In this document: in pieces, positions 46,852-54,613 of the stretch
Position numbering within the stretch: position 1 is the stretch's first letter
Layout: the number at the start of each line of letters is the position of its first letter
Assembly: GCA_045632465.1 (NCBI GenBank)
Contig: JAZQWS010000180.1
Coordinates: 1-59,013, forward strand
Source: Eubacteriales bacterium
GTDB taxonomy: Bacteria; Bacillota; Clostridia; Oscillospirales; CAG-272
Direction of reading: 5' to 3'
DNA: 59,013 nt
Translations under genes and position numbers: made by a program
The notes under the pieces: model-generated
The model's database searches: none
What the model saw: only the letters and a program-made list of their open reading frames with translations
What the model was told of the DNA's origin: nothing

Positions 46852-46887
46852 AAATTCCTTTACAAATGAAGGAATTTGTGGTAAAAT
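46852..46887 (+). promoter_or_regulatory. promoter of the pseudouridine synthase gene with overlapping 9+9 inverted repeat
   Basis: TTTACA (46859-64), 17-nt spacer, TAAAAT (46882-87) with TGg. AAATTCCTT (46852-60) and AAGGAATTT (46869-77) form a perfect inverted repeat. Confidence 0.5.
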
Positions 46888-46959
46888 ACTACTGTGTAAA
46901 TTTATCCGCAAAAAAAGCGAAGGACTTTTGCGCTTCGGATTTTCAGAAGGGAGAAGGAT

Positions 46960-47670
46960 ATGCGCATCGATAAATTTCTTTCCGAGTGCGGTCTTGCCTC
47001 CCGAAAGGAATCAGCCAAGGCGGCAAAGAGCGGCGGCATCACCGTCAACGGCGCTGTTGTTAAGGACACGGCCAAGCACATCGATCCCGAAAAGGACAAG
47101 GTGACCTTTCTCGGCCGCGAGGTGGAATATCACCGCTTCGTTTATATCCTGCTCAACAAGCCCGAGGGCTACGTGAGCGCAACGGAGGATAAGCAGCACC
47201 CCTTCGTTACCGAGCTGCTCCCCGAGGAATACCGCAAGATGGGGCTCTTCCCCGTTGGGCGCCTCGATAAGGACACGCTCGGTCTGATGCTTTTAACCAA
47301 TGACGGAAAGAACGCGCACATGCTTCTCTCCCCGAAGCACCACGTGGAAAAGGAATACCGCTTCACCTGCAAGGTGCCGCTCGCTCCGGATGCGGAGGAG
47401 ATTTTCGAAAAGGGCATCACGCTCGGCGACGGATACGAATGCAAGAGCGCGCGCCTCGTTTCGGATGCAGATCGCCTCGGCGGATGCATCACCCTCACGG
47501 AGGGAAAATACCATCAGATCAAGCGCATGCTCGGCGCGATCGATAACCGCATCGTTACCCTGGAGCGCATTCGGTTTGCAAATCTCACGCTTTCTGAGGG
47601 GATGAAGCGCGGCAAGTGGCGCCATCTCACCGAAGAGGAGATCGATGCGCTTCTCGCCTCGCAACAATAA
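46960..47670 (+). CDS. rsuA: RsuA/RluB-family rRNA pseudouridine synthase
   Basis: S4 domain 'MRIDKFLSECGLASRKE' and catalytic 'GRLDKDTLGLMLLTNDG'. Confidence 0.85.
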   Translation: MRIDKFLSECGLASRKESAKAAKSGGITVNGAVVKDTAKHIDPEKDKVTFLGREVEYHRFVYILLNKPEGYVSATEDKQHPFVTELLPEEYRKMGLFPVGRLDKDTLGLMLLTNDGKNAHMLLSPKHHVEKEYRFTCKVPLAPDAEEIFEKGITLGDGYECKSARLVSDADRLGGCITLTEGKYHQIKRMLGAIDNRIVTLERIRFANLTLSEGMKRGKWRHLTEEEIDALLASQQ

Positions 47671-47722
47671 ATTTCAGTATGGATTTTTTTGCCCGCATTC
47701 GGGCTTACTATAAGGAGACACT

Positions 47723-49900
47723 ATGGACATTATCGCAACCTTAGCAAAAGAACTCGGACTCGATGCCGAGAAGGTGGAAAAGACCGTTGCCCTCATTGAC
47801 GAGGGAAACACCATCCCCTTCATTTCCCGTTACCGCAAGGAGGTTACGGGCAGCATGGATGACACCACCCTGCGCGCTCTGGACGATCGCCTGCAGTATC
47901 TGCGCAAGATGGACGAGCGCAGAGGCGAGATCGCCGCGCTGATCGCCGCACAGGAGAAGCTCACCCCCGAAATCGAGGCCGCATTGAATATGGCAAAAAC
48001 CCTCGTTGAACTCGAGGACATCTACCGCCCCTTCAAGCCCAAGAGAACCACCCGCGCCTCCATCGCAAGAGCGAAGGGACTCGAGCCCCTGGCGCAGTAC
48101 ATTCTCGAGCAAAAGGACGCATACGATCCCGCGATCGACGTTTACGCCGAAAGCTTCATTTCCGCTGAGGAAGGCAAGGAAGTGCCTGACGCGCAGGCCG
48201 CTTTGCAGGGCGCTTCGGATATCATCGCAGAGGATGTTTCCAACGATGCGGAGATCCGCAAAAATCTCCGTGCCTTCACGATGCAGCATGGCGCTTTGAC
48301 CACCAAGGCCGCAAAGGATGAGCCCTCCGTTTACGAAAACTATTACGATTTCTCCGAGCCGATCAAGAAGCTTCGCGGACACCGCGTTCTCGCGATCAAC
48401 CGCGGCGAGAAGGAGGAATTCCTTAAGGTAAGCGTTACCTTAGAGCAAGCGGATGCGCTTGCACAGCTGGAGGCAAAGGTGATCACCAACAAGAAGTCTC
48501 CCGCGCTTCCCTACCTGATGGCAACCCTGACCGACGCATACGAGCGCTTGCTCTTCCCCGCCATCGAGCGCGAGGTTCGCGCCTCCCTCTTTGACGATGC
48601 ATCCGAGGGCGCGCTGAAGGTGTTCAGCGAAAACCTGCGCAACCTTCTTCTTGTTGCACCCCTCAAGGGCAAGACCGTTCTCGGCTACGACCCCGGCTTC
48701 CGTACCGGTTGTAAGCTCGCCGTGGTTGACAAGACGGGCAAGGTGCTTGACACCGGCGTTATTTACCCCACCGAGCCTCGCAACGATATCGAGGGCTCAA
48801 AGAAGAAGGTTCTGGCTCTCATCAAGAAGTACGGCATCGACGTTATCTCCATCGGTAACGGAACGGCCTCCCGCGAGTCCGAAAGATTTATCGCAGACAC
48901 TCTGCGCGATCCCGCATGCCCCGCAGGCGTGAAATACACCATCGTTTCCGAGGCGGGCGCTTCGGTTTACTCCGCATCCAAACTTGGCGCGGAGGAATTC
49001 CCGGATTTTGACGTTACACAGAGAAGCGCGGTTTCCATCGCGAGAAGACTGCAGGATCCCCTTGCCGAGCTCGTTAAGATCGAGCCCAAGGCCATCGGCG
49101 TTGGCCAGTATCAGCACGACATGAAGCAAGCAAGACTCACCGAGGCGCTCGGCGGCGTGGTTGAGGACTGCGTTAACGGCGTTGGCGTTGACATCAACAC
49201 CGCCTCCTATTCCCTGCTTTCCTACGTTTCGGGCATCAATGCCACCGCGGCAAAGAACATCGTTGCTTACCGCGAGGAAAACGGCGAATTCAAGAACCGC
49301 CGCCAGATCCTGAAGGTTCCGAAGATTGGCGAAAAGGCCTTCGTTCAGTGCGCGGGCTTCCTCCGCATTCACGATGCCAAGGACGTTTTGGATTCCACCG
49401 GCGTTCACCCCGAGTCCTACGCGATCGCGCAGGATCTTCTCAGCCGCTTCGGCTATTCGACCGACGACGTTCGCTCCGGCGATCTTGGTTTGCTCCGCTT
49501 CAAGGCAGAGCAATACGGCAAGGCAAAGCTTGCAAAGGAGCTTGGCTGCGGTGAGCCCACCCTCGAGGATATCATCAAGGAGCTTGAAAAGCCCGGCAGA
49601 GACATCCGCGACGATGCACCCGCGCCCGTGCTTTCCTCCGAGGTTCTCGAGATCACCGACCTGAAGCCCGATATGCTTCTCAAGGGCACGGTGCGCAACG
49701 TGGTTGACTTCGGTGGCTTCGTTGACATCGGCGTTCACCACGACGGTCTGCTTCACATCTCCGAGATGAGCGATCGCTTCATCAAGCATCCCGCAGACCT
49801 CTTCTCCGTTGGCGACGTTATTGAGGTTCGCATCAAGGACGTTGATGTGAAGAAGCAGAGAATCTCCCTCTCCCGCAAGGGACTTAAGGATAAGGCATAA
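47723..49900 (+). CDS. tex: Tex transcription accessory protein (S1 domain)
   Basis: 'NTIPFISRYRKE', YqgF-like and HhH regions, and a C-terminal S1 domain 'GTVRNVVDFGGFVDIG'. Confidence 0.93.
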   Translation: MDIIATLAKELGLDAEKVEKTVALIDEGNTIPFISRYRKEVTGSMDDTTLRALDDRLQYLRKMDERRGEIAALIAAQEKLTPEIEAALNMAKTLVELEDIYRPFKPKRTTRASIARAKGLEPLAQYILEQKDAYDPAIDVYAESFISAEEGKEVPDAQAALQGASDIIAEDVSNDAEIRKNLRAFTMQHGALTTKAAKDEPSVYENYYDFSEPIKKLRGHRVLAINRGEKEEFLKVSVTLEQADALAQLEAKVITNKKSPALPYLMATLTDAYERLLFPAIEREVRASLFDDASEGALKVFSENLRNLLLVAPLKGKTVLGYDPGFRTGCKLAVVDKTGKVLDTGVIYPTEPRNDIEGSKKKVLALIKKYGIDVISIGNGTASRESERFIADTLRDPACPAGVKYTIVSEAGASVYSASKLGAEEFPDFDVTQRSAVSIARRLQDPLAELVKIEPKAIGVGQYQHDMKQARLTEALGGVVEDCVNGVGVDINTASYSLLSYVSGINATAAKNIVAYREENGEFKNRRQILKVPKIGEKAFVQCAGFLRIHDAKDVLDSTGVHPESYAIAQDLLSRFGYSTDDVRSGDLGLLRFKAEQYGKAKLAKELGCGEPTLEDIIKELEKPGRDIRDDAPAPVLSSEVLEITDLKPDMLLKGTVRNVVDFGGFVDIGVHHDGLLHISEMSDRFIKHPADLFSVGDVIEVRIKDVDVKKQRISLSRKGLKDKA

Positions 49901-50784
49901 TGTTCGGCTTCGTTAAGCCCGATCAGGGAACGCTCCTCGTGAAGGAATACGCCTTCTATAAGGCGACCTACTGCGGCATCTGCCGACAGATGAAGGCGCA
50001 TACGGGCGCACTTTCCCCCATATTCTTAACCTACGACAGCGTGTTTTTGGCGCTCCTTCGCATGGTGTTTGAGGACAAAAAGAACATCGGCGCAAAGCGC
50101 TCTCGCTGCCTTGCGCATCCCATCAAGAGCCGACCGATGCTTTTGCCCAACGGCGCGACCGAATATACGGCAAAGGTTTTTGCCCTTCTCTCTTATTATA
50201 AAATGAAGGACGATCTTTCGGACGAGGGCGCTTTCACGCGCATCGGACTTTTACCTGCCAAGCCCCTTCTCGGGCACGCAAGAAAAAAAGCGGCGGAATA
50301 CGGAACGCTTGAAGCGATCATTTCCGCAAAGCTTGCCGAGATCGGAAGACTTGAAAAAGAGGCGTGCGCAAGCGTTGATACCTGCGCGCATCCCTTCGGC
50401 GAGCTTCTCGGCGAAATTTTCTCCCACGGCCTTTCGGGCGAGGATGCGATCATCACGAGAGAGATCGGCTATCGGCTCGGAAAGTTTATTTACGCGGCCG
50501 ATGCGGCAAAGGATTATGAGGAGGATCTCAAAAAAGGACGATTCAATCCTTACGTTCTTTCTTATGATAAACAGCCCTTGACGGAGGAAAACAAGCAAAC
50601 GATGCGCACGGCGCTCGTTTTGGAATGCACGCGCATGGAGGCGGCCGTGAATCTTCTGGATTTCCGCGGAAGCCTGACGCTGGAGGCCCTGATCCGCAAC
50701 ATCATTTACAACGGGCTTTTGAAGCAGATCGATTTTTTGGATGAAGTGCCGACAGTTCCCGATCCCTTGGATATAGCAGACTAA
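49900..50784 (+). CDS. DUF5685-like protein
   Basis: N-terminus 'MFGFVKPDQGTLLVKEYAFYKATYCGICRQM'. The start overlaps the tex stop (TAATG). The family name is from memory. Confidence 0.55.
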   Translation: MFGFVKPDQGTLLVKEYAFYKATYCGICRQMKAHTGALSPIFLTYDSVFLALLRMVFEDKKNIGAKRSRCLAHPIKSRPMLLPNGATEYTAKVFALLSYYKMKDDLSDEGAFTRIGLLPAKPLLGHARKKAAEYGTLEAIISAKLAEIGRLEKEACASVDTCAHPFGELLGEIFSHGLSGEDAIITREIGYRLGKFIYAADAAKDYEEDLKKGRFNPYVLSYDKQPLTEENKQTMRTALVLECTRMEAAVNLLDFRGSLTLEALIRNIIYNGLLKQIDFLDEVPTVPDPLDIAD

Positions 50785-50833
50785 AGCATCATCATTTTTT
50801 GCACGCCGCCACGGGCGGCAGAATGGAGTTTTT

Positions 50834-51466
50834 ATGAAAGATCCATATTCTATCCTCGGCGTTAAATACGACGCAACGGATGACGAGATCAAGGAGGCAT
50901 ACCGCAACCTCGTCAGAAAATACCATCCCGACAATTATACCGACGATAACCCCCTGAAGGACCTCGCAAACGAGAAGATGCAGGAGGTTAACGAGGCCTA
51001 TGATGAGATTCAGAGAATGCGCGAGGAAAAGAGCGGCGCGGCCAATGGCCAAAGCTATCAGCAGAGCAGCTCCTATCAATCCGATCCCCGCTACGGCGAG
51101 ATCCGCCGCCTTCTCAACGCGCGCCGCTTTGCGGAAGCGGAAAAGAAGCTTTCGCAGTTTTCGGAATATGATTGCGGCGCAGAATGGCATTATCTCAAGA
51201 GCGTGGTTCTCATGCAAAGAGGCCGCGTGAACGATGCGATGCGCGAGCTGGAAACCGCCTGCATGATGGATCCCTCCAATATCGAATATCAGAAGGCAAA
51301 GCAAATGTTCAACGGCCAGGCAAGGGGCTACGGAAGCACCTACTACGGTGGCATGAATAACCGCCGCCGCTCCTCAACGGACGAGGCCTGCGATTGCTGT
51401 GCCAACCTGATCTGCATGGACTGCCTTTGCGAATGCCTTGGCGGCGACCTGATCCCCTGCTTATGA
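50834..51466 (+). CDS. J-domain protein with TPR-like middle and Cys-rich C-terminus
   Basis: 'DPYSILGV..', 'KYHPDN' (HPD motif), and a C-terminal 25 aa with 8 Cys ('CDCCANLICMDCLCECLGGDLIPCL'). Confidence 0.8.
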   Translation: MKDPYSILGVKYDATDDEIKEAYRNLVRKYHPDNYTDDNPLKDLANEKMQEVNEAYDEIQRMREEKSGAANGQSYQQSSSYQSDPRYGEIRRLLNARRFAEAEKKLSQFSEYDCGAEWHYLKSVVLMQRGRVNDAMRELETACMMDPSNIEYQKAKQMFNGQARGYGSTYYGGMNNRRRSSTDEACDCCANLICMDCLCECLGGDLIPCL

Positions 51467-52026
51467 GATCTACAAAAAAGGTTACGCTCAGCGCCATGAT
51501 GTGCGCGCTCTCGGTTGTCATCCTGGCACTCGGCGCGGTTTTTGAAGCGCTGGATCTGACGGCGGCGGCCATCGCCTCCATCTGCATCGCCTTCATTTAC
51601 ATCGAGGTGGGCGCACCCTATACCTTTATTGCTTGGCTTTGCACCACGCTCCTCTCCTTTCTCTTTTTTCCGCAAAGCCTGCTTTGGATCGAATATTTTC
51701 TTCTCTACGGAATATACCCCATCCTGAAGGGATATATCGAAAAACTGCCGCGCATGCTTTGGTGGCCGATCAAGCTCCCGCTCTATAACGCCTGCCTTTT
51801 TCTGATGGCAGAGGGGATGAGCCTGATCCTCGGCGTTGATTTCTTCGGCACGGGCAGCGACCTCAAAAACATTTTCAGCATGGGCGCTGAAATCTGGTAC
51901 GAAAGCCCGCTGATCCTTTGGATCGTTGCCAACGTTGCTTTCATTGCCTACGACCTTTTTTTAACCATGATAGTGCGCGTGTATTTTTTGAGATACAGAC
52001 CGCGCCTGCAAAAATACTTGAAATGA
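51463..52026 (+). CDS. polytopic membrane protein, function unknown
   Basis: ATG overlaps the J-protein stop (ATGA). About five TM helices. Confidence 0.55.
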   Translation: MRSTKKVTLSAMMCALSVVILALGAVFEALDLTAAAIASICIAFIYIEVGAPYTFIAWLCTTLLSFLFFPQSLLWIEYFLLYGIYPILKGYIEKLPRMLWWPIKLPLYNACLFLMAEGMSLILGVDFFGTGSDLKNIFSMGAEIWYESPLILWIVANVAFIAYDLFLTMIVRVYFLRYRPRLQKYLK

Positions 52027-52042
52027 GACGGAATTTGAAGCT

Positions 52043-53371
52043 ATGACGAAAGTTGGATTCATATCTCTCGGATGCGTGAAAAACCTGACAGACACCGAGG
52101 TGATGCTCAGAAAGCTCCACGATGCGGGCTTTGAAATCACCCCCGATGAAAGCGAGGCAGAGATCATTATCGTCAACACCTGCGGCTTTATTGAAAGCGC
52201 AAAACAGGAGTCGATCGACAACATTTTGGATATCGCCTGGCTTAAAAAGAACGGAAAATGTAAACATATCATTGCAACCGGATGCCTCGTTGAACGCTAT
52301 CGCGAGGAGGTTATGAAGGAAATGCCTGAGGTGGACGCGCTGATCGGCGTTGGTAGCCTCGTGGACATCGTGGAGGCCTGCAAGGCCGTGCAGAGAGGCG
52401 AGAAATACACCTCCTTCCGCGATAAGAACACCTCGTCCTTAAACGAGGAGCGCCTCCTGACCACCCCCGAGCATACCGCGTATCTGAAGATCGCGGAGGG
52501 ATGCGACAACCTTTGCACCTACTGCGCGATTCCTTCCATTCGCGGAAAATTCCGCAGCCGTAAAATTGAGGACATCGTGAAGGAGGCGAAGGAGCTGGAG
52601 GCCATCGGCGTTCAGGAGCTGAACCTCATTGCGCAGGATACCACACGCTACGGCCTTGATATCTACGGCGAATACAGCCTTGCGCGCCTGGTGCGCGCGC
52701 TGACCGAGGAAACGAAGATTCCCTGGATCCGCTTGCTTTACTGCTATCCCGATAAGATCACGGACGAGCTGATCTCGGAGCTTCGTGACAATCCCCGCCT
52801 TCTTAAATATATGGACATTCCGATCCAGCACATTTCGGACAAGATCCTCACGGGCATGAACCGCCACGGCGGACAGGCGCTGATCAAGGAAACCGTTAAA
52901 AAGCTTCGCCGCGAGGTTCCGGGCATCACCCTGCGCACCACCGCAATGGTTGGCTTTCCCGGCGAGGACGAGAGCGACTTTGAGGAGCTTTGCGTTTTCG
53001 TAAAGGAAGCGCGCTTCGATCGCTTCGGTGCATTCACCTTCTCCCCTGAGGAGGGAACGCCCGCCGCACTGATGGAGGATCAGATCGACGAGCAGGTGAA
53101 GCAGGATCGCTACGATATCCTGATGCAAACCCAGCTGACCATCACCGAGGAGCAAAACGAGGAGAAGATCGGCAAGACGATCGAGGTGCTCTGCGAGGGC
53201 TTCGACACTGTTGCCGAGATTCATTACGGCCGCAGTGCCGCCGATGCACCCGACGTGGACGGAAAGGTTTATTTCACCTCGCAGGGGCGCTTGAATGCGG
53301 GTTGCTTCGTGAAGGTGAAGATCACCGAGGCGCTGGATTACGATCTCGTTGGTACTGTTGTTAAAAAATAA
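52043..53371 (+). CDS. rimO: ribosomal protein S12 methylthiotransferase
   Basis: UPF0004 N-terminal domain 'GCVKN...NTCGFI', radical-SAM 'CDNLCTYCAIP', and a TRAM C-terminus. Confidence 0.9.
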   Translation: MTKVGFISLGCVKNLTDTEVMLRKLHDAGFEITPDESEAEIIIVNTCGFIESAKQESIDNILDIAWLKKNGKCKHIIATGCLVERYREEVMKEMPEVDALIGVGSLVDIVEACKAVQRGEKYTSFRDKNTSSLNEERLLTTPEHTAYLKIAEGCDNLCTYCAIPSIRGKFRSRKIEDIVKEAKELEAIGVQELNLIAQDTTRYGLDIYGEYSLARLVRALTEETKIPWIRLLYCYPDKITDELISELRDNPRLLKYMDIPIQHISDKILTGMNRHGGQALIKETVKKLRREVPGITLRTTAMVGFPGEDESDFEELCVFVKEARFDRFGAFTFSPEEGTPAALMEDQIDEQVKQDRYDILMQTQLTITEEQNEEKIGKTIEVLCEGFDTVAEIHYGRSAADAPDVDGKVYFTSQGRLNAGCFVKVKITEALDYDLVGTVVKK

Positions 53372-53392
53372 AATTTTAAGGAGATATAAAAA

Positions 53393-53995
53393 ATGAAAAA
53401 GGCTTCTATGAATCTGCCGAACACACTTTCTCTTTTGCGCTGTGCTTTGGTTCCCATTTTCGTTATCGCTCTGTTTTGGATGCGCGGCATTCCCGTTTGG
53501 GGGCGCGTGATTCCCGCGATCATTTACCTCATCACGGGACTGACGGATATGCTGGATGGCAAGATCGCCAGAAAATACAATCTTGTGACCGATTTCGGAA
53601 AGTTTATCGATCCGCTGGCGGATAAATTCATGGTGCTCGGCTCGCTGATCTCCATTCTCGCGCTCATCCTGATCGAAGGCGAGGTTACGATGGGCCTTGT
53701 TTTCACCGCCGTTGTTCTGATTCTCCTTCTGCGCGAGCTCGGCGTTACCAGCCTGCGCCTCGTGGTTGCGGGAAAGAGCGGCATCGTGGTTGCGGCAAGC
53801 ATGTTCGGCAAGCTCAAAACCGTTTCTCAGATGGTTGGAACGATCGTTATCCTTCTTGAGCCCGTGATCTTCCCCTTCTGCGCGGAAAATCATATCGCGG
53901 CTTACATCTGCATGGGAATTATGGTGATCACAACGGTTGCCTCCGGACTTGACTACATGAAGGCTTACATGCCCTACATTGATACGAATAGCTAA
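53393..53995 (+). CDS. pgsA: CDP-diacylglycerol--glycerol-3-phosphate 3-phosphatidyltransferase
   Basis: CDP-alcohol phosphatidyltransferase motif 'DMLDGKIARKYNLVTDFGKFIDPLADK'. Confidence 0.9.
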   Translation: MKKASMNLPNTLSLLRCALVPIFVIALFWMRGIPVWGRVIPAIIYLITGLTDMLDGKIARKYNLVTDFGKFIDPLADKFMVLGSLISILALILIEGEVTMGLVFTAVVLILLLRELGVTSLRLVVAGKSGIVVAASMFGKLKTVSQMVGTIVILLEPVIFPFCAENHIAAYICMGIMVITTVASGLDYMKAYMPYIDTNS

Positions 53996-54007
53996 AAAAG
54001 CAAAAAA

Positions 54008-54036
54008 GGAGAAGCACGGCGCTTCTCCTTTTTCTA
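54008..54036. terminator. bidirectional intrinsic terminator after pgsA
   Basis: GGAGAAGC (54008-15) pairs with GCTTCTCC (54021-28), flanked by an A-run and TTTTTCT. Confidence 0.8.
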
Positions 54037-54046
54037 TAAAACGGTA

Positions 54047-54075
54047 TTGACACAACAAAAAATATGTGCTATAAT
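54047..54075 (+). promoter_or_regulatory. consensus sigA promoter driving a small non-coding transcript
   Basis: TTGACA (54047-52), 17-nt spacer, TATAAT (54070-75) with TGc extended -10. Confidence 0.65.
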
Positions 54076-54081
54076 ATTAAC

Positions 54082-54172
54082 GGAGAGCACCGATGACGGT
54101 TGCTTCCCAAGCAAATAAGTTAAAGAATTAACCGCTTAGCTTTGGTCGGCAGAGGCGGTTAATTCTTTTTAT
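54082..54172 (+). ncRNA. putative ~90-nt sRNA (candidate type I antitoxin)
   Basis: Bounded by the consensus promoter and a 14-bp terminator (AAAGAATTAACCGC 54122-35 with GCGGTTAATTCTTT 54155-68, plus a T-run). It contains a UUGCUU-CCC-AAGCAA hairpin. The only ORF is 12 codons. It converges on, and overlaps, the 3' end of the minus-strand peptide gene. Confidence 0.45.
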
Positions 54173-54248
54173 TATGATTGTCTATGTAAGTCAGAAGTGC
54201 CATTATGAATCCTGCAAGCAGGAACAGCATTTCCCAAGTAACGAACAT
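54159..54248 (-). CDS. 29-aa hydrophobic peptide, candidate type I toxin (holin-like toxin architecture)
   Basis: MFVTWEMLFLLAGFIMALLTYIDNHNKKN. GGAGG (54261-54257) lies 8 nt upstream of ATG 54248. The product is a single TM helix with a polar, Lys-rich tail. The stop codon lies inside the shared terminator. Confidence 0.5.
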   Translation of the reverse strand: MFVTWEMLFLLAGFIMALLTYIDNHNKKN

Positions 54249-54406
54249 CGGCATCACCTCCCCTCTCGGGAAGGCAAAAAAAGAATCTGCGTTCCCGATC
54301 AAGGGAAGCAACCGCCATTTCGCCAACGTAATGGCACAGCAAGAGCGAAGCTCGTCTGTTTGCCACACGTATATGGTGCTCTACGGGCATCCGAGATGCC
54401 GAATAT

Positions 54407-54435
54407 ATTCTATCATACATTGTGAAAAAAGTCAA
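54407..54435 (-). promoter_or_regulatory. sigA-type promoter of the peptide mRNA (about 150-nt leader)
   Basis: On the minus strand: TTGACT (54435-30), 17-nt spacer, TAGAAT (54412-07) with TGa extended -10. Confidence 0.55.
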
Positions 54436-54613
54436 GAAAAACAGTATGTAAAAGCAACCAATCCTAATAGCGAAATATAAAATATGAATTTTTCCGCTAC
54501 TGTATAGATTTTTTCCATAAAAATAAAAAAATCCCTTGTTTTAGGGGACGGAATATGTTATTCTTAAAATACCGAGAAAAAGCCTCGGAAGTAATCTCTA
54601 AAGGAGAATTTCT

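Noticed and set aside
52439-54058. 539-aa minus-strand ORF opposite rimO and pgsA
   Set aside because: It is an antisense shadow of two well-supported housekeeping genes.
54093-54131. 12-codon ORF (MTVASQANKLKN) with a GGAGAG SD-like sequence inside the putative sRNA
   Set aside because: It is too short to support as coding from sequence alone, and it ends inside the terminator stem. It is kept only as an alternative (leader peptide or dual-function RNA) under the type I TA finding.
54159-54368. The 69-codon version of the minus-strand small ORF, as listed in the ORF track
   Set aside because: Its upstream 40 codons have no SD and coincide with the structured leader. The only SD (GGAGG) sits 8 nt before the internal ATG at 54248, giving the 29-aa peptide.
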